Shown here: positions 39,459-49,561 of the stretch, one piece after another
How positions within the stretch are numbered: position 1 is the first letter of the stretch
Layout: every line of letters begins with the position of its first letter
The notes under the pieces: generated by a model
What the model was told of the DNA's origin: nothing
The model's input: the letters and a program-made list of their open reading frames with translations, nothing else
Databases searched by the model: none
Assembly: GCA_033813415.1 (NCBI GenBank)
Contig: JAPXRV010000002.1
Span: forward strand, 23,432 to 87,431
Direction of reading: 5' to 3'
DNA: 64,000 bases
Origin: Opitutales bacterium
Lineage (GTDB): Bacteria > Verrucomicrobiota > Verrucomicrobiia > Opitutales > JAFGAQ01
Made by a program: the position numbers and the translations under genes

Positions 39459-41663
39459 CTACTTTCTGGCAGAGTTTCCGCCTGGATGCGTCTTGATCAC
39501 AGGAGTCGGACTCTTCTTGCTTTCGTTTAGCTTGCGCCGCTCCGTAGCCTCCTGCATGAAAAACTCCTGAGCACTGAGATCAGGTGCTTTGTCTTTTCCG
39601 GTGACGGGTGCATAGGCTCCATTGGAACGGAGAAGCCGTGCGTTCACGTTGTCCCCGAGGTAAGTGTTGAGGATGTCCATGATGCGCTGGCGGATGGGCT
39701 CATGATAGATTGGCACCACGGCCTCTATGCGGCGGTAGAAATTCCGGGGCATCCAGTCCGAACTTCCTACTAGTATCCTCGGTTGATCCCCTGCGTTTTC
39801 GAAGTAGAAGATCCGGTGATGCTCAAGAAACCGCCCGAGGATGCTGCGCACCCGGATGTTCTGGCTGAGTGTCTTGAGGCCGGGGACGATTCCGCAGATT
39901 CCACGTATGATGAGGTCGATTTGGACGCCGGCGTGAGATGCTGCATAGAGCAGGTCAATGGTCTCACGGTCGATGAGGCTATTCGCCTTGACGATGATGC
40001 GGGCGGGGCGACCGGCCAAGGCGTTCTCGGTCTCCTTCCGGATGTAGGAGCAGAGGGTTGAGTGGAGGTTGAATGGTGCAACGAGAAGGTGTTCGAACTT
40101 GGGTGCGCGCGAGAATCCCGTGAGGGTGTTGAAGAGCAAGGCCACATCCGCCGTGATCGCGTCATTTGCAGTGAAATAACTCAGGTCGGTGTAGAGGCGG
40201 GCGGTTTTCGGATTGTAGTTTCCAGTGCCGATGTGGGCATAACGCTTCATGCCGTCGTCCTCCCTTCGGACCACCAGGCAGCATTTACAGTGGGTTTTAA
40301 GTCCTACCAGTCCGTAGACCACGTGAACACCGGCTTCTTCAAGGCGCTTGGCCCACTGGATGTTGTTTTCCTCATCGAAACGGGCCATGATCTCGATGAG
40401 TGCGGCGACCTGCTTGCCGTTCATGGAAGCCTTGATCAATGCATCGACAATCGGGGAGTCGCCGCTGGTGCGGTAGAGGGTTTGCTTGATGGCAAAGACC
40501 TTGGGATCGACTGATGCCCGATTGAGGAAGTCGACGAACGGCTCAAAGCTTTCGAATGGATGGTGCAGCAGTTTATCTTCTTTGCGGATCGCTGCAAAAA
40601 AATCGTTGGGCGGAGTGAGCGCCGGGGGAGTGTATGGGACGAATGGAGCGAATTTCAGGTCGGGTCGCTGGATGATGTCACAGATCGAGGTGATCCTCAT
40701 CATGTTGATCGGCCCGTCGATGAGGTAAAGGTTCTCGCTGTCTAGATGGTTGGCGTCCATCAGCTTGCGCAGATTGTCCTCGCTGACGCTTTTCTCGATC
40801 TCCAGGCGCACGGCGTCTCCCCGCTTGATTTTATGGAGCTCCTTTTCGATGGTTTTGAGAAGATTCTGGGATTCTTCCTCATCCACGTATAGGTCGGAAT
40901 TGCGGGTGATGCGAAATGCGTGGGCTGCCGCCACTTTGAGTCCGGGGAAGAGTCGACCGGCGTAGCGTTTGACCAATGAACTGATGAGGACAAGGGTGGT
41001 GCCATCGCCATCCGTCTCGGGGATCCGGAGCACACGAGGTAGAATCCTTGGAACCGGGATAATTGCGTTGAGGGGATGCGCCGGGTCATCCGGGTTCTCC
41101 AATTCGACAAAAATATTAAGCGATTTGTTGAGAAGTGAAGGGAAGGGGTGGCAAGGATCGATCGCCAAAGGGGTGATTACGGGATAGATCTCAGACTCAA
41201 AATAGGACTCTGCCCAATGGGATTCGCGTTCCCCGAGTTCATTGAAAAGCTTGAGAAAGATTCTTTCCTTGGCGAGGTCGGGAATGAGGTTTTTGTGCCA
41301 ACAGAGGTATTGGTCTGCCACCAGTTGCGAGGTCACCTCGCGAATGCGTTTGAGCTGTTCCTTGGGTTCCAGCCCATCCGGACTTGGGTCCGTTATGCCC
41401 GATGCATCCTGCTGGATGAGTCCGGCCACGCGAATTTCGAAAAACTCATCGAGATTCGATGCGACGAAGCCGAGGTAACGCACCCTTTCGAGGAGTGGAA
41501 CTGCGGGATTCATGGATTGTTCGAGTACCCTTCGGTTGAAGGATAACCAGCTCAGCTCCCGATTGAAAAACGGAATCTTTCGTGTCGGCTTGCGGATCTC
41601 CGCACGCGTCACCGACCGGATCCCACTCCCAAAATCCACTCTTTGCTCCGCTTTTGGCTGCAT
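39459..41663 (-). CDS. ppk1: polyphosphate kinase 1
   Basis: 734 aa. The N-terminus contains [18 protein letters not shown]. The length and C-terminal PLD-like halves are typical of PPK1 ([13 protein letters not shown]..., [13 protein letters not shown]). Confidence 0.95.
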   Translation of the reverse strand: MQPKAEQRVDFGSGIRSVTRAEIRKPTRKIPFFNRELSWLSFNRRVLEQSMNPAVPLLERVRYLGFVASNLDEFFEIRVAGLIQQDASGITDPSPDGLEPKEQLKRIREVTSQLVADQYLCWHKNLIPDLAKERIFLKLFNELGERESHWAESYFESEIYPVITPLAIDPCHPFPSLLNKSLNIFVELENPDDPAHPLNAIIPVPRILPRVLRIPETDGDGTTLVLISSLVKRYAGRLFPGLKVAAAHAFRITRNSDLYVDEEESQNLLKTIEKELHKIKRGDAVRLEIEKSVSEDNLRKLMDANHLDSENLYLIDGPINMMRITSICDIIQRPDLKFAPFVPYTPPALTPPNDFFAAIRKEDKLLHHPFESFEPFVDFLNRASVDPKVFAIKQTLYRTSGDSPIVDALIKASMNGKQVAALIEIMARFDEENNIQWAKRLEEAGVHVVYGLVGLKTHCKCCLVVRREDDGMKRYAHIGTGNYNPKTARLYTDLSYFTANDAITADVALLFNTLTGFSRAPKFEHLLVAPFNLHSTLCSYIRKETENALAGRPARIIVKANSLIDRETIDLLYAASHAGVQIDLIIRGICGIVPGLKTLSQNIRVRSILGRFLEHHRIFYFENAGDQPRILVGSSDWMPRNFYRRIEAVVPIYHEPIRQRIMDILNTYLGDNVNARLLRSNGAYAPVTGKDKAPDLSAQEFFMQEATERRKLNESKKSPTPVIKTHPGGNSARK

Positions 41664-41747
41664 AGTTGAAGTGAAAAGAAGAGCAGTGGCGAAATCGAGA
41701 ATATTCGCGAAATCGGAGCCGTGGGCGCGCGCTATCCCGGAATCACC

Positions 41748-42488
41748 TTAATGGGCGGTATCTGGAGCGCGGTGCCGTTCACCGGACCACACGATATACT
41801 GCTTCTCTTCGGGAGAATAGATGGGCCAGGATGTTGCTGGAGAAAGGAGTCGGGCCCGCTGGACTGGATTGGTGAGGCAATCCGGATCCGGTGTGATACG
41901 TGCAACGTCCGGGGGAAGGGGCGTCCACTGTTTGCGCTGCTCGATCACGTGAAGGCGGTGTGGCCAGGATGCCATTTTGTCGGGATCCCAGATTTCAATA
42001 GGAGTCCGGCCGTGTCCGGAATCCGGGAATACCGTGAGGGCGTTCCACGCATTCTTCTTCCATTCAGCCACGATCGCGAAAGGCTCGGTTGGGTTGTCGG
42101 AATTGTTTGCGATGGTTTCCGCTGCGATTTCGAGTGAGGTGAATGCATAGACGGGCACCGCATCCCGCCCCGCAGGGCGGAGTGCTCGCCACGCCTTGAT
42201 CGAGATGATGGCAAGCCTGATCCCGAGAATGCTTCCCGGGCCTTGGCAGTAGACAAATCCAGCCATGTGATGTGGAGGGCGCGAACAGGTGGCGCACACC
42301 TCGCGGACGGCCCAGTCCAATGCTTCGTGTGTCGGGCGGTCGGATGATACATAAGCGACCCAGCGGTTGTCATGCAGGATTCCTGCCCTGACGATTGGGG
42401 TGCTGGTGTCAAGGATCAGCCAATGGCCGTGTTTTTCGCCGGTTTCGAGCGGATCGCTTGCGGCGGTAGACATGGATGCAGATGTCAT
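41748..42488 (-). CDS. tsaB: tRNA t6A biosynthesis protein TsaB-like (YeaZ family)
   Basis: 246 aa. Motifs WLILDTSTP and YCQGPGSILGIRLAIISIKAW match the ASKHA-fold YeaZ pattern (GPGSFTGxRI). Confidence 0.6.
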   Translation of the reverse strand: MTSASMSTAASDPLETGEKHGHWLILDTSTPIVRAGILHDNRWVAYVSSDRPTHEALDWAVREVCATCSRPPHHMAGFVYCQGPGSILGIRLAIISIKAWRALRPAGRDAVPVYAFTSLEIAAETIANNSDNPTEPFAIVAEWKKNAWNALTVFPDSGHGRTPIEIWDPDKMASWPHRLHVIEQRKQWTPLPPDVARITPDPDCLTNPVQRARLLSPATSWPIYSPEEKQYIVWSGERHRAPDTAH

Positions 42489-42511
42489 GGAAAAGAGACG
42501 CTGAAGTCGAT

Positions 42512-43984
42512 TCAGTTACGGTAGCGTCGACGCAGATTTGTCGGAAGGATGCCCATTTCCTCGCGGTATTTGGCGACTGTTCTACGGGCAATCCGGACCC
42601 CTTTTTCGCCAAGAATTCCTACAATCTCCTGATCGCTGAGCGGTTTTGCAGGGTCTTCCGCTTCGATGATGAGCGCGATGGACTCCTTAACGCTCTTGTT
42701 TGAGACGCTTTCTCCGTCGTTGGAATGAAGACCTGGAGTGAAGAAATATTTGTACTCAAATATTCCGTGAGGTGTTTCCAGATACTTGTTCGCGATCGCC
42801 CGACTCACAGTCGTCTCATGCACCCCGACTTTGTCGGCCACCTGACTCATGGTCAGTGGCTTCAGAGAAGCTATTCCGTTTTCGAAGAATTCCATCTGAA
42901 ACTCGAGTAACTGCCTGGTGATCCGCTCAATGGTCTGCTGGCGTTGCTCGATGGAGCTCATAAGAAAGCGTCCAGAGCGCATTTTGTCCTGAATGTAAGC
43001 CTTCTCCTTCGCTGGTATTTGCCCTTTGGCGAGCATTTCCTTGTAGGCGCTGCTGATCCGGAGTCGCGGAATGAGTTCGCTGTTGAGGGATACTTCCCAT
43101 CCGTTTTCTCCTTTGAAAACACGGGCATCGGGGATCACGACCCGGTTGGTGTCCTCTGAAAACTCGCTGGCTGGTGCCGGATCGAGAGTGGCGATTTCCT
43201 CAAAAGCGGTTTGGGTTTCATAAAGGGTCGAAGATGTTTTGCGTGCGATTTCGGGAATCCGACGCCTCAGGAGCAGCTTGAAATGGTCTCGGATGACCTC
43301 GTAGGCAAGCGACTTCTCGCGTCCCTTGAGTCTTAGCTGGTGCAGGAGGCTTTCCTTGAGGTCTGAGCACCCGATTCCGTGTGGCTCGAAGGTGAGCAGG
43401 ATGCGGTGGGCGCCCTGAATAATGTGGAGAGGAATCTTGGAAAGCAGCGCGATGTCGGAAAGACTGTTGGTGAGAAACCCGCGGCGATCCAGGCTGCCTA
43501 TCAGGAAAGGCATGGCTTCCATCTCCTCCGGGCTTGCCTCCGATAGTTCGGCCTGCCGCATGAGGTGTTCCTGGAGAGAGGTTTCGCTCACGAGTGAGTC
43601 AAAGAAATGCTGACGCCTTTCAGCGTCCTCGGAAGTGTAAACCTGCTGCCCGCTCGCTTGGGAGAAGTAATCCCTCCAATCCTCATCCAGTTTGGCGAAA
43701 ACCTCGAAATCGTCCTTGAATCGCAGTTCTTCGGAACCGTTTTCCGAGCCGTCGGAGGAGACGGTTTCTCCGTTGCTGTCCGGGGACTGTGGTGAGGTTG
43801 TCTCGATGGATATACCTTCTATCGGGAGCTCCTCCAGCAGAGGATTGGTTTGCAGCTCTTCGAGAATGGTTGAGCGAAGTTCCTGTGCGGGTACCTGAAG
43901 GATTTTCAGAGACTGGCGCAACTGTGGTGCAAGCACCATTGTTTGCGCTTGTTTCTGAACCTGATGAAATCCTTGGGCCGACAT
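42512..43984 (-). CDS. rpoN: RNA polymerase sigma-54 factor
   Basis: 490 aa. Region I is MVLAPQLRQSLKILQ. An acidic region II is present. The C-terminal HTH and RpoN box read ARRTVAKYREEMGI. Confidence 0.95.
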   Translation of the reverse strand: MSAQGFHQVQKQAQTMVLAPQLRQSLKILQVPAQELRSTILEELQTNPLLEELPIEGISIETTSPQSPDSNGETVSSDGSENGSEELRFKDDFEVFAKLDEDWRDYFSQASGQQVYTSEDAERRQHFFDSLVSETSLQEHLMRQAELSEASPEEMEAMPFLIGSLDRRGFLTNSLSDIALLSKIPLHIIQGAHRILLTFEPHGIGCSDLKESLLHQLRLKGREKSLAYEVIRDHFKLLLRRRIPEIARKTSSTLYETQTAFEEIATLDPAPASEFSEDTNRVVIPDARVFKGENGWEVSLNSELIPRLRISSAYKEMLAKGQIPAKEKAYIQDKMRSGRFLMSSIEQRQQTIERITRQLLEFQMEFFENGIASLKPLTMSQVADKVGVHETTVSRAIANKYLETPHGIFEYKYFFTPGLHSNDGESVSNKSVKESIALIIEAEDPAKPLSDQEIVGILGEKGVRIARRTVAKYREEMGILPTNLRRRYRN

Positions 43985-44129
43985 GAAAATGCAGTTGAGC
44001 TGGGTATAGTCTCGGTATTCGGGTTCAGATCATAGAAAGGATAAGAGTGGATTCAAGCCGCATTGACGGATGAGCATGAAAAATGCTCCACAATGACGGT
44101 TGTCTGAAGGAGGTATCGGGAAAACCCGA

Positions 44130-45863
44130 TCATGAAAACACAAGCGAAGGAGTCCTTGCGAGAGAAGGGAGGCGAAGCAGCCGGTATAGCATAGCCGAGG
44201 TCTCTTCCTTGTTAGGAATGCGGATCAACCGTTGGAAGGTGGATGCTTCGGATCGCAGTTGTCCCATGATATTGTCAACCCCGGTAGCGGTCGAGTAGGG
44301 AAGGCCGCCCAGAAAAACCTGCTCGCCATATGCGGAGTCGGATGGATAGGCGACCGGAATGCCCCGGGCAAGCGCATCCCAGACTCTGAGTGAGGCGTTG
44401 GTATCACTGGTTTCGATCCGGATGGGATCGGGGTTTTCGACAAAGGCCGGACTGGACTCGACCAGCGGAAGCACAACTGACGGATTGGGTAAACCACGGT
44501 TTCTGAGTTCCAGCACATCTTGGACCGAAGGAGCAACGATGAGGGCCCCGGGCAGAATCCTGGATGCGGGAAGCTCAGGCGTGATCCATTGGATGGCAGG
44601 TGCCCTGGGGAGAAACGGTTGGCTTGATTCGGGAGGATTCCCGATAAGGATGAGATCCGGATGATCCGAGTCCGGGTTCAATCCCATTTCGAGCAAGAGA
44701 TCGGAAAGCCGCTTGATGAGTTGATCCATCGAATCGATAACGCCTTTCTGGTGTATGATCCGGACAGATCGTGCGGGGGCAGGCGGATCCCATCGGTTCA
44801 GGAGGCGGAAAGCCAGCGATTGCGTCTGGGCTTTGATCGGATGAGACCGTGTGGGTCCAGGGCGGGCTCGCATCTTTTCCGGCAGTTCCTCGTACAAGGC
44901 GCGCAACCCATCAGCCATACGGGCGGTGGTGTGGTTGGCCTCCCATCTTGCGAACTGGGGTTCGATCGTATCCCTTAGCGTGCGATCGTGAATATCCGAT
45001 GCGATGCAGTCGACGGCTTCAGTGGCCGACCGGAACAGGCTTTTGGGTTCAAGAATATCGAGTCCGACTCCAAGTGGTGTACTGAGGACTGGGATTTTGC
45101 ACGCGGCTGCCTCCATGACCGATTGTGGGCCTCCTTCCCAACGGGATGGGATGAGATACAAGTCGGCCGCATTGGTAAGCTCATTGAGGGTTGGCCGGTC
45201 CAGAATGTTGGCCCCGAAGTCGTCGCGTTCACCGGTGTCTTTGCCGATGAATGAGAATGGAATTCCGTTGAGCTTCAACTGATTGCGCATCCAGTGTCGG
45301 CGGGGGCCCGCGATCAGCGCATGAACAGGAAGCCCTTTTTCGATTAGAGCCTTGAGGATGATGACAAACAGCTCGGGCGCCTTCTGGAATTTGGGGGTGT
45401 GGAGGTCGGACCCTTCCGCATCGCGATGGAAGTTGGCGATGATGTAGGCATCGGCCGGGAGTCCATATTTTTGGCGCAGCTCCGCTTTGTTGGGAATCGG
45501 AAAAAACAGTTCCGGATCGATGGAATACGGAATATGCACTACCGGTAGGCCCAGTTTGGAAAACTGGGAGTGGGCTTCTCGTGATCGGGCCACCCAAAGG
45601 TCGACCCATTGGCATCCGAGGCCGAACTCAACCTGCTTGAGTGAATAGAACGGAGGATTATCCGCATGAGCAATGACGTAGCGTTCGCGCAGGATAGATG
45701 GAGCGACTTGAAGCAGATTTCCCCAATATGCGGCGTGAATGATATCTGCCTTGGCAGGTCCAGAGATCTGAACCGCGGATCCAAGCGATGCTTTTATCTG
45801 GCGCAAGTCTTCGTCAAGCGCCCATCCTTTTCCATCTCCGGCTGTGAAGTGAACCTTAAGCAT
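44130..45863 (-). CDS. glycosyltransferase (GT-B, GT4-like) with extra C-terminal domain
   Basis: 577 aa. An E-x7-E motif is present in RWEGGPQSVMEAAACKIPVLSTPLGV. The C-terminal ~230 aa is unassigned. Confidence 0.65.
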   Translation of the reverse strand: MLKVHFTAGDGKGWALDEDLRQIKASLGSAVQISGPAKADIIHAAYWGNLLQVAPSILRERYVIAHADNPPFYSLKQVEFGLGCQWVDLWVARSREAHSQFSKLGLPVVHIPYSIDPELFFPIPNKAELRQKYGLPADAYIIANFHRDAEGSDLHTPKFQKAPELFVIILKALIEKGLPVHALIAGPRRHWMRNQLKLNGIPFSFIGKDTGERDDFGANILDRPTLNELTNAADLYLIPSRWEGGPQSVMEAAACKIPVLSTPLGVGLDILEPKSLFRSATEAVDCIASDIHDRTLRDTIEPQFARWEANHTTARMADGLRALYEELPEKMRARPGPTRSHPIKAQTQSLAFRLLNRWDPPAPARSVRIIHQKGVIDSMDQLIKRLSDLLLEMGLNPDSDHPDLILIGNPPESSQPFLPRAPAIQWITPELPASRILPGALIVAPSVQDVLELRNRGLPNPSVVLPLVESSPAFVENPDPIRIETSDTNASLRVWDALARGIPVAYPSDSAYGEQVFLGGLPYSTATGVDNIMGQLRSEASTFQRLIRIPNKEETSAMLYRLLRLPSLARTPSLVFS

Positions 45864-46830
45864 GAGCGAGCAATCGGTGAAGGATGGATTCGTAGGATGC
45901 GGACATGCGTGCTCCGGAAGGCGGGTTATTCAGAAGGGCGGTCCTGAGTTTTGAAATGGATTTCCTGAACTCCAACAGGCTTTCGGATAGGTTATCGCCG
46001 ATGGGAAGCCCGGCGTCGTTTGCCATTTCGGGGGTTCCGCCTGTGTCCCGGTGATAGAGGATCGGGAGCCCGCATTGAAGTCCTTCGGCGACGTGCATGG
46101 CGCCGGGTTCATATCTCGATGCGCTGACATACCCGTGGCATTGACGGAGAATGGACGCCAGCTTATGTCCGGATGCAGGAGCGAAAGTCCGGGCTGATTT
46201 CCATTTAAGGTCCTTTGGCCATCGTCCGATCACCCAGAGTTCGAAACCTTTGTCCGGGTTATCGTGGATCCATTCATCGATTTCCGCATAGACATCGAAG
46301 CCCTTGTTCCAATTGTCCGACCAGTGGTGCGTGACGATCCGGAAGGGCTGGTCCGGTAACCATGGAAGGTTTCCCAAGGGGTGGAAGACCCGGGTGTCCG
46401 CACCCGGCAAAATCACGGAGTGGGGGCGGTTGCCGTCGAACCAGCGTCCGGCGTGATAGGCTTGTAACCAGGACGAAACAAATACCGTGTGATCGGCCAC
46501 GGAGCTGCTTTTCGCAAGGAAATCATCCATTTCGGAAGTCTCCTTGCGAATGTCATTGTCGTTGATGCGATGGATACATGGAATCCCGGGATGTTTGTCT
46601 TTCAGTTTCCGGACATGCTCGAATCCGAATGAAGTCATCGGTGCCAAGCCGGTGTGTGTCATGATCACCGCATCCGGAACCTGCTTCAGGTCATGCACGA
46701 CCCTCCAGCCTTGATGCCGGAGCCAACGGGTAAGCTGGGTAGTCCACTGGTTGGCGCCTCCCCAGGACCCCTTGATGGGTTTGAGGTTGATGGCGACCGT
46801 GCCGGTCTTGGTTCTGAGTATGGAAAGCAT
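45856..46830 (-). CDS. glycosyltransferase (GT-B, GT4-like)
   Basis: An E-x7-E motif is present in SRYEPGAMHVAEGLQCGLPILY. I prefer the ATG at 46830 (MLSILRTK...). The track start at 46923 would overlap the GH9 gene. It overlaps the downstream GT start by 8 nt. Confidence 0.7.
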   Translation of the reverse strand: MLSILRTKTGTVAINLKPIKGSWGGANQWTTQLTRWLRHQGWRVVHDLKQVPDAVIMTHTGLAPMTSFGFEHVRKLKDKHPGIPCIHRINDNDIRKETSEMDDFLAKSSSVADHTVFVSSWLQAYHAGRWFDGNRPHSVILPGADTRVFHPLGNLPWLPDQPFRIVTHHWSDNWNKGFDVYAEIDEWIHDNPDKGFELWVIGRWPKDLKWKSARTFAPASGHKLASILRQCHGYVSASRYEPGAMHVAEGLQCGLPILYHRDTGGTPEMANDAGLPIGDNLSESLLEFRKSISKLRTALLNNPPSGARMSASYESILHRLLAHA

Positions 46831-46907
46831 GGGCGAATTCTTGAGCAATGTCCCCGTGAGGCTGGAACAATGCCCACTCCCATGATTGCCTGATTCGGTC
46901 TGCGGCG

Positions 46908-49262
46908 TCAAGGAAAGGCCCACCAGGCAATGCCTTCGTAGCGAAGAACGGACTCCGGCACGTTGTTCTGAACATACTGCTTCTCAGCCTCGCTGATCGT
47001 GAAGAAGTGCGAGGCTGTGCGGCTCGCGTAGAAACGGTAGACAGGGAGTGCTCCTGACACAGGTCCCGCAAGCGCATGGAAGGCGATTCCTTCGAGCGAG
47101 AACACATCCGGCATGTCGCTGAGCACAGAGTCGCGCTCCGAAACGGTCATTGTGTAGAAGTGGCTTCCGGAAATCCGGTTGTAAAGGCGGTAGACTGGCA
47201 TCGCATGAGGGGTTGCGCCAGCGAGCACATGGTGGGATATCCCTTCGAGTGCGTAGGTTGCGGACATGGTTGCGATAACATTGGATTTCTCCGCTTCAGA
47301 TGCCGTGAAAAAGTGGCTGTTGTTGTCCGCCCGATGGAATCGGTAGAGTGGAACCCGGGAAGGATCTCCGGAGGGCTGAGGTGGCGTGGTCGGGCCTGAT
47401 GCAAAGGCCGCGAGCACGAAGGTGTAGCGCGACTGGTAGCCAGTTGAGTTTTCGGTGACCGACCATGAGTTCTCGGGCCATGAAGCATTCCAATCCTTGT
47501 AGGACTTCATCGGAGGCTGGTTTTGGGGCGGGGAGATGATCCCACGGTAGGAACTGTCGGGGGAGAAATACTGGTTGGGTCCCCCGGCGAGTATGCCCGG
47601 TGCCGGGTTGGTATCCCATTTTGTGCCATCATGGAACCATCCGTGGTAGATCTGGGTGATCGGTTTGTCTGCGCCGAACCGTTGGGCTTGAGTAATAAAG
47701 GTCCATCCCAAAGGGTTTCGCCCGTGGTAGTAGTGCAGGTATTCTTCAGCCAGCGCAAGGTAGGTGCCGGTCATGCCCGGGTTTGTCTGGAGTTTTGCCG
47801 CCCACAAAGCGATCATGGCCCATTGGGCTTTGAGTCCATTCGAGCTCCAAGTGTAGTGCCCATCCCACATAAAGCACTTGTATGGATCATTGTGGCGCTG
47901 CCCGTAGGTTTGGCGGCGAACCCCCTCGTCGAGTGACTGCCGGATGGCGGCGGTGATCGACGGGGTGGCGCCTGCGGACTGACAATACGTGATCATGGCC
48001 CGCTGTAAGTCAAAGGATCCGCCAGATTCGAAATAGGCGTTGATTATGGGATTATGGGAGCTGTCAGAGGTGGAAGGGTGCGCGTGGTATTGGTCAAACC
48101 AATCCCGGTACGCCGCATCGCCGGTCAGCCGGAAGAGCTCAGCCGCGGCGAGTACCCGGAGCCGCAACTCTGCGCCGGCGTTTTTGTTCGCATCGGCGTT
48201 GTCGAATCCGCTGTGGTCGTAGTGGATGGGTGATGGATGGTTTGCGAGAAATTGCCAGGCACGGATAGCCGCTTCGCGCAACCTTGCGGATGCTCCGGGC
48301 GAGGATGATTCAAATGGGGCGAGCAGCCGGGATGCTATGGCGAAGGATGCTGCGCCGGATGCGGTGGCGGAAGTGGAGATGTTGGCGTAGTAGTAGGGAC
48401 GATCCTCAGTGGATGGATCCCCGACTCCGTTTCCAAAGCCCTGGTCGCGTCTGATGACGAATACACCGGAGTAGAGCGCCCCGTCGGGACGCTGCATTTT
48501 GAGCATCCACTGGATTTCCCACATGATCTCATCGAGAATGTCGGGTGTGCCGTTGCCGCTCTCCGGGATTCCGGATTGATCCCCGAATACGGATGGCCAC
48601 CATTCGTAGGCGGTGCCCAGATCCCATATGATTTCGGCCATCCAGGATGTGTATTTGCGATAATCGCCGGCATCATACCAGCCTCCGGTGATGTCAAGGG
48701 CTGTGGATTCGGGCTGGATCCCGCCGAGGGAGTTGTCAAACATTCTCGATGCCAGCTGGTTCGCGATGTGAGCGGGTCCGTGGGTCCATTGTTCTCCGTA
48801 TTCGGGAGTTATCGCGGTTCCGCTTCGCTGATAGTAGTAGGATTTGGTGGAAGCCGTGAGGATGGAGTTGTAGGCATCTTCGCGGATGTCGAAATCGAAG
48901 GACTGGACATCGTTGGCGGGATCATAGATGTGATAGGTTCCCGGACTCCTGAGGTTGGAGAATTCGCCCTGCCACACCCTGTCCCCTGATGAAGAGTGGA
49001 CGGCACCATTACTCCATCTCTGGAGCGAAATGGACTGGATAACAGCGAGATCGCTGGTCCTTCGAATCTGCACTTCGCTTGCGGGTGGGCGGCCTTGGCC
49101 GGCGTTTTGCCCGGTCACCGGGACTGCGATCATGAACCATTTGTCCGATGCGGGACGGTATCCGAGTTGATCTACGACGATGAGCTCAGAGATCTGAGCT
49201 GCGTTCAATGAATAGGCCAATATCAGCACCAGCGCATGAAGGAGAGAAGTTTGGATTCGCAT
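46908..49262 (-). CDS. glycoside hydrolase family 9 (endoglucanase-like) with N-terminal Ig-like domain and C-terminal triple repeat
   Basis: 784 aa with a signal peptide. The GH9 signature DITGGWYDAGDYRKY is present, followed by the (alpha/alpha)6-type body (AGGPNQ). The C-terminal repeats are listed as a separate feature. Confidence 0.85.
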   Translation of the reverse strand: MRIQTSLLHALVLILAYSLNAAQISELIVVDQLGYRPASDKWFMIAVPVTGQNAGQGRPPASEVQIRRTSDLAVIQSISLQRWSNGAVHSSSGDRVWQGEFSNLRSPGTYHIYDPANDVQSFDFDIREDAYNSILTASTKSYYYQRSGTAITPEYGEQWTHGPAHIANQLASRMFDNSLGGIQPESTALDITGGWYDAGDYRKYTSWMAEIIWDLGTAYEWWPSVFGDQSGIPESGNGTPDILDEIMWEIQWMLKMQRPDGALYSGVFVIRRDQGFGNGVGDPSTEDRPYYYANISTSATASGAASFAIASRLLAPFESSSPGASARLREAAIRAWQFLANHPSPIHYDHSGFDNADANKNAGAELRLRVLAAAELFRLTGDAAYRDWFDQYHAHPSTSDSSHNPIINAYFESGGSFDLQRAMITYCQSAGATPSITAAIRQSLDEGVRRQTYGQRHNDPYKCFMWDGHYTWSSNGLKAQWAMIALWAAKLQTNPGMTGTYLALAEEYLHYYHGRNPLGWTFITQAQRFGADKPITQIYHGWFHDGTKWDTNPAPGILAGGPNQYFSPDSSYRGIISPPQNQPPMKSYKDWNASWPENSWSVTENSTGYQSRYTFVLAAFASGPTTPPQPSGDPSRVPLYRFHRADNNSHFFTASEAEKSNVIATMSATYALEGISHHVLAGATPHAMPVYRLYNRISGSHFYTMTVSERDSVLSDMPDVFSLEGIAFHALAGPVSGALPVYRFYASRTASHFFTISEAEKQYVQNNVPESVLRYEGIAWWAFP
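46911..47354 (-). repeat. three tandem ~48-aa protein repeats at the GH9 C-terminus
   Basis: The three units are VPLYRFHRADNNSHFFTASEAEKSNV...LEGI, MPVYRLYNRISGSHFYTMTVSERDSV...LEGI and LPVYRFYASRTASHFFTISEAEKQYV...YEGI. The shared pattern is P-[LV]-YR-[FL]-x6-SHF-[FY]-T-x3-SE. Confidence 0.8.
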
Positions 49263-49561
49263 TGTGGAAGAGGGGTTAGGATCTAGTCTATTCCGTAGTG
49301 CCAGGGTATCAATGCAAAAGCGGTGCTTGGGTTTGCGTGAACACCGGCTTTGGTATCAGGGATTGCTTCATACTGCCTAAGGTGGCAAGTAAGAACGGCT
49401 TATGACTGGATGATTGACAGCAGGGCGCTGGGATTCAGGATAAGGGTGAACGGATAACCGCTGCCCGTGGTCTCATCAACTGGATCATCGCGATTTGGAT
49501 TGATTCAGATGAGACTCTTTTTCTACCTCTGCTACCGTCATCAATTAGCCCCAATATAACC

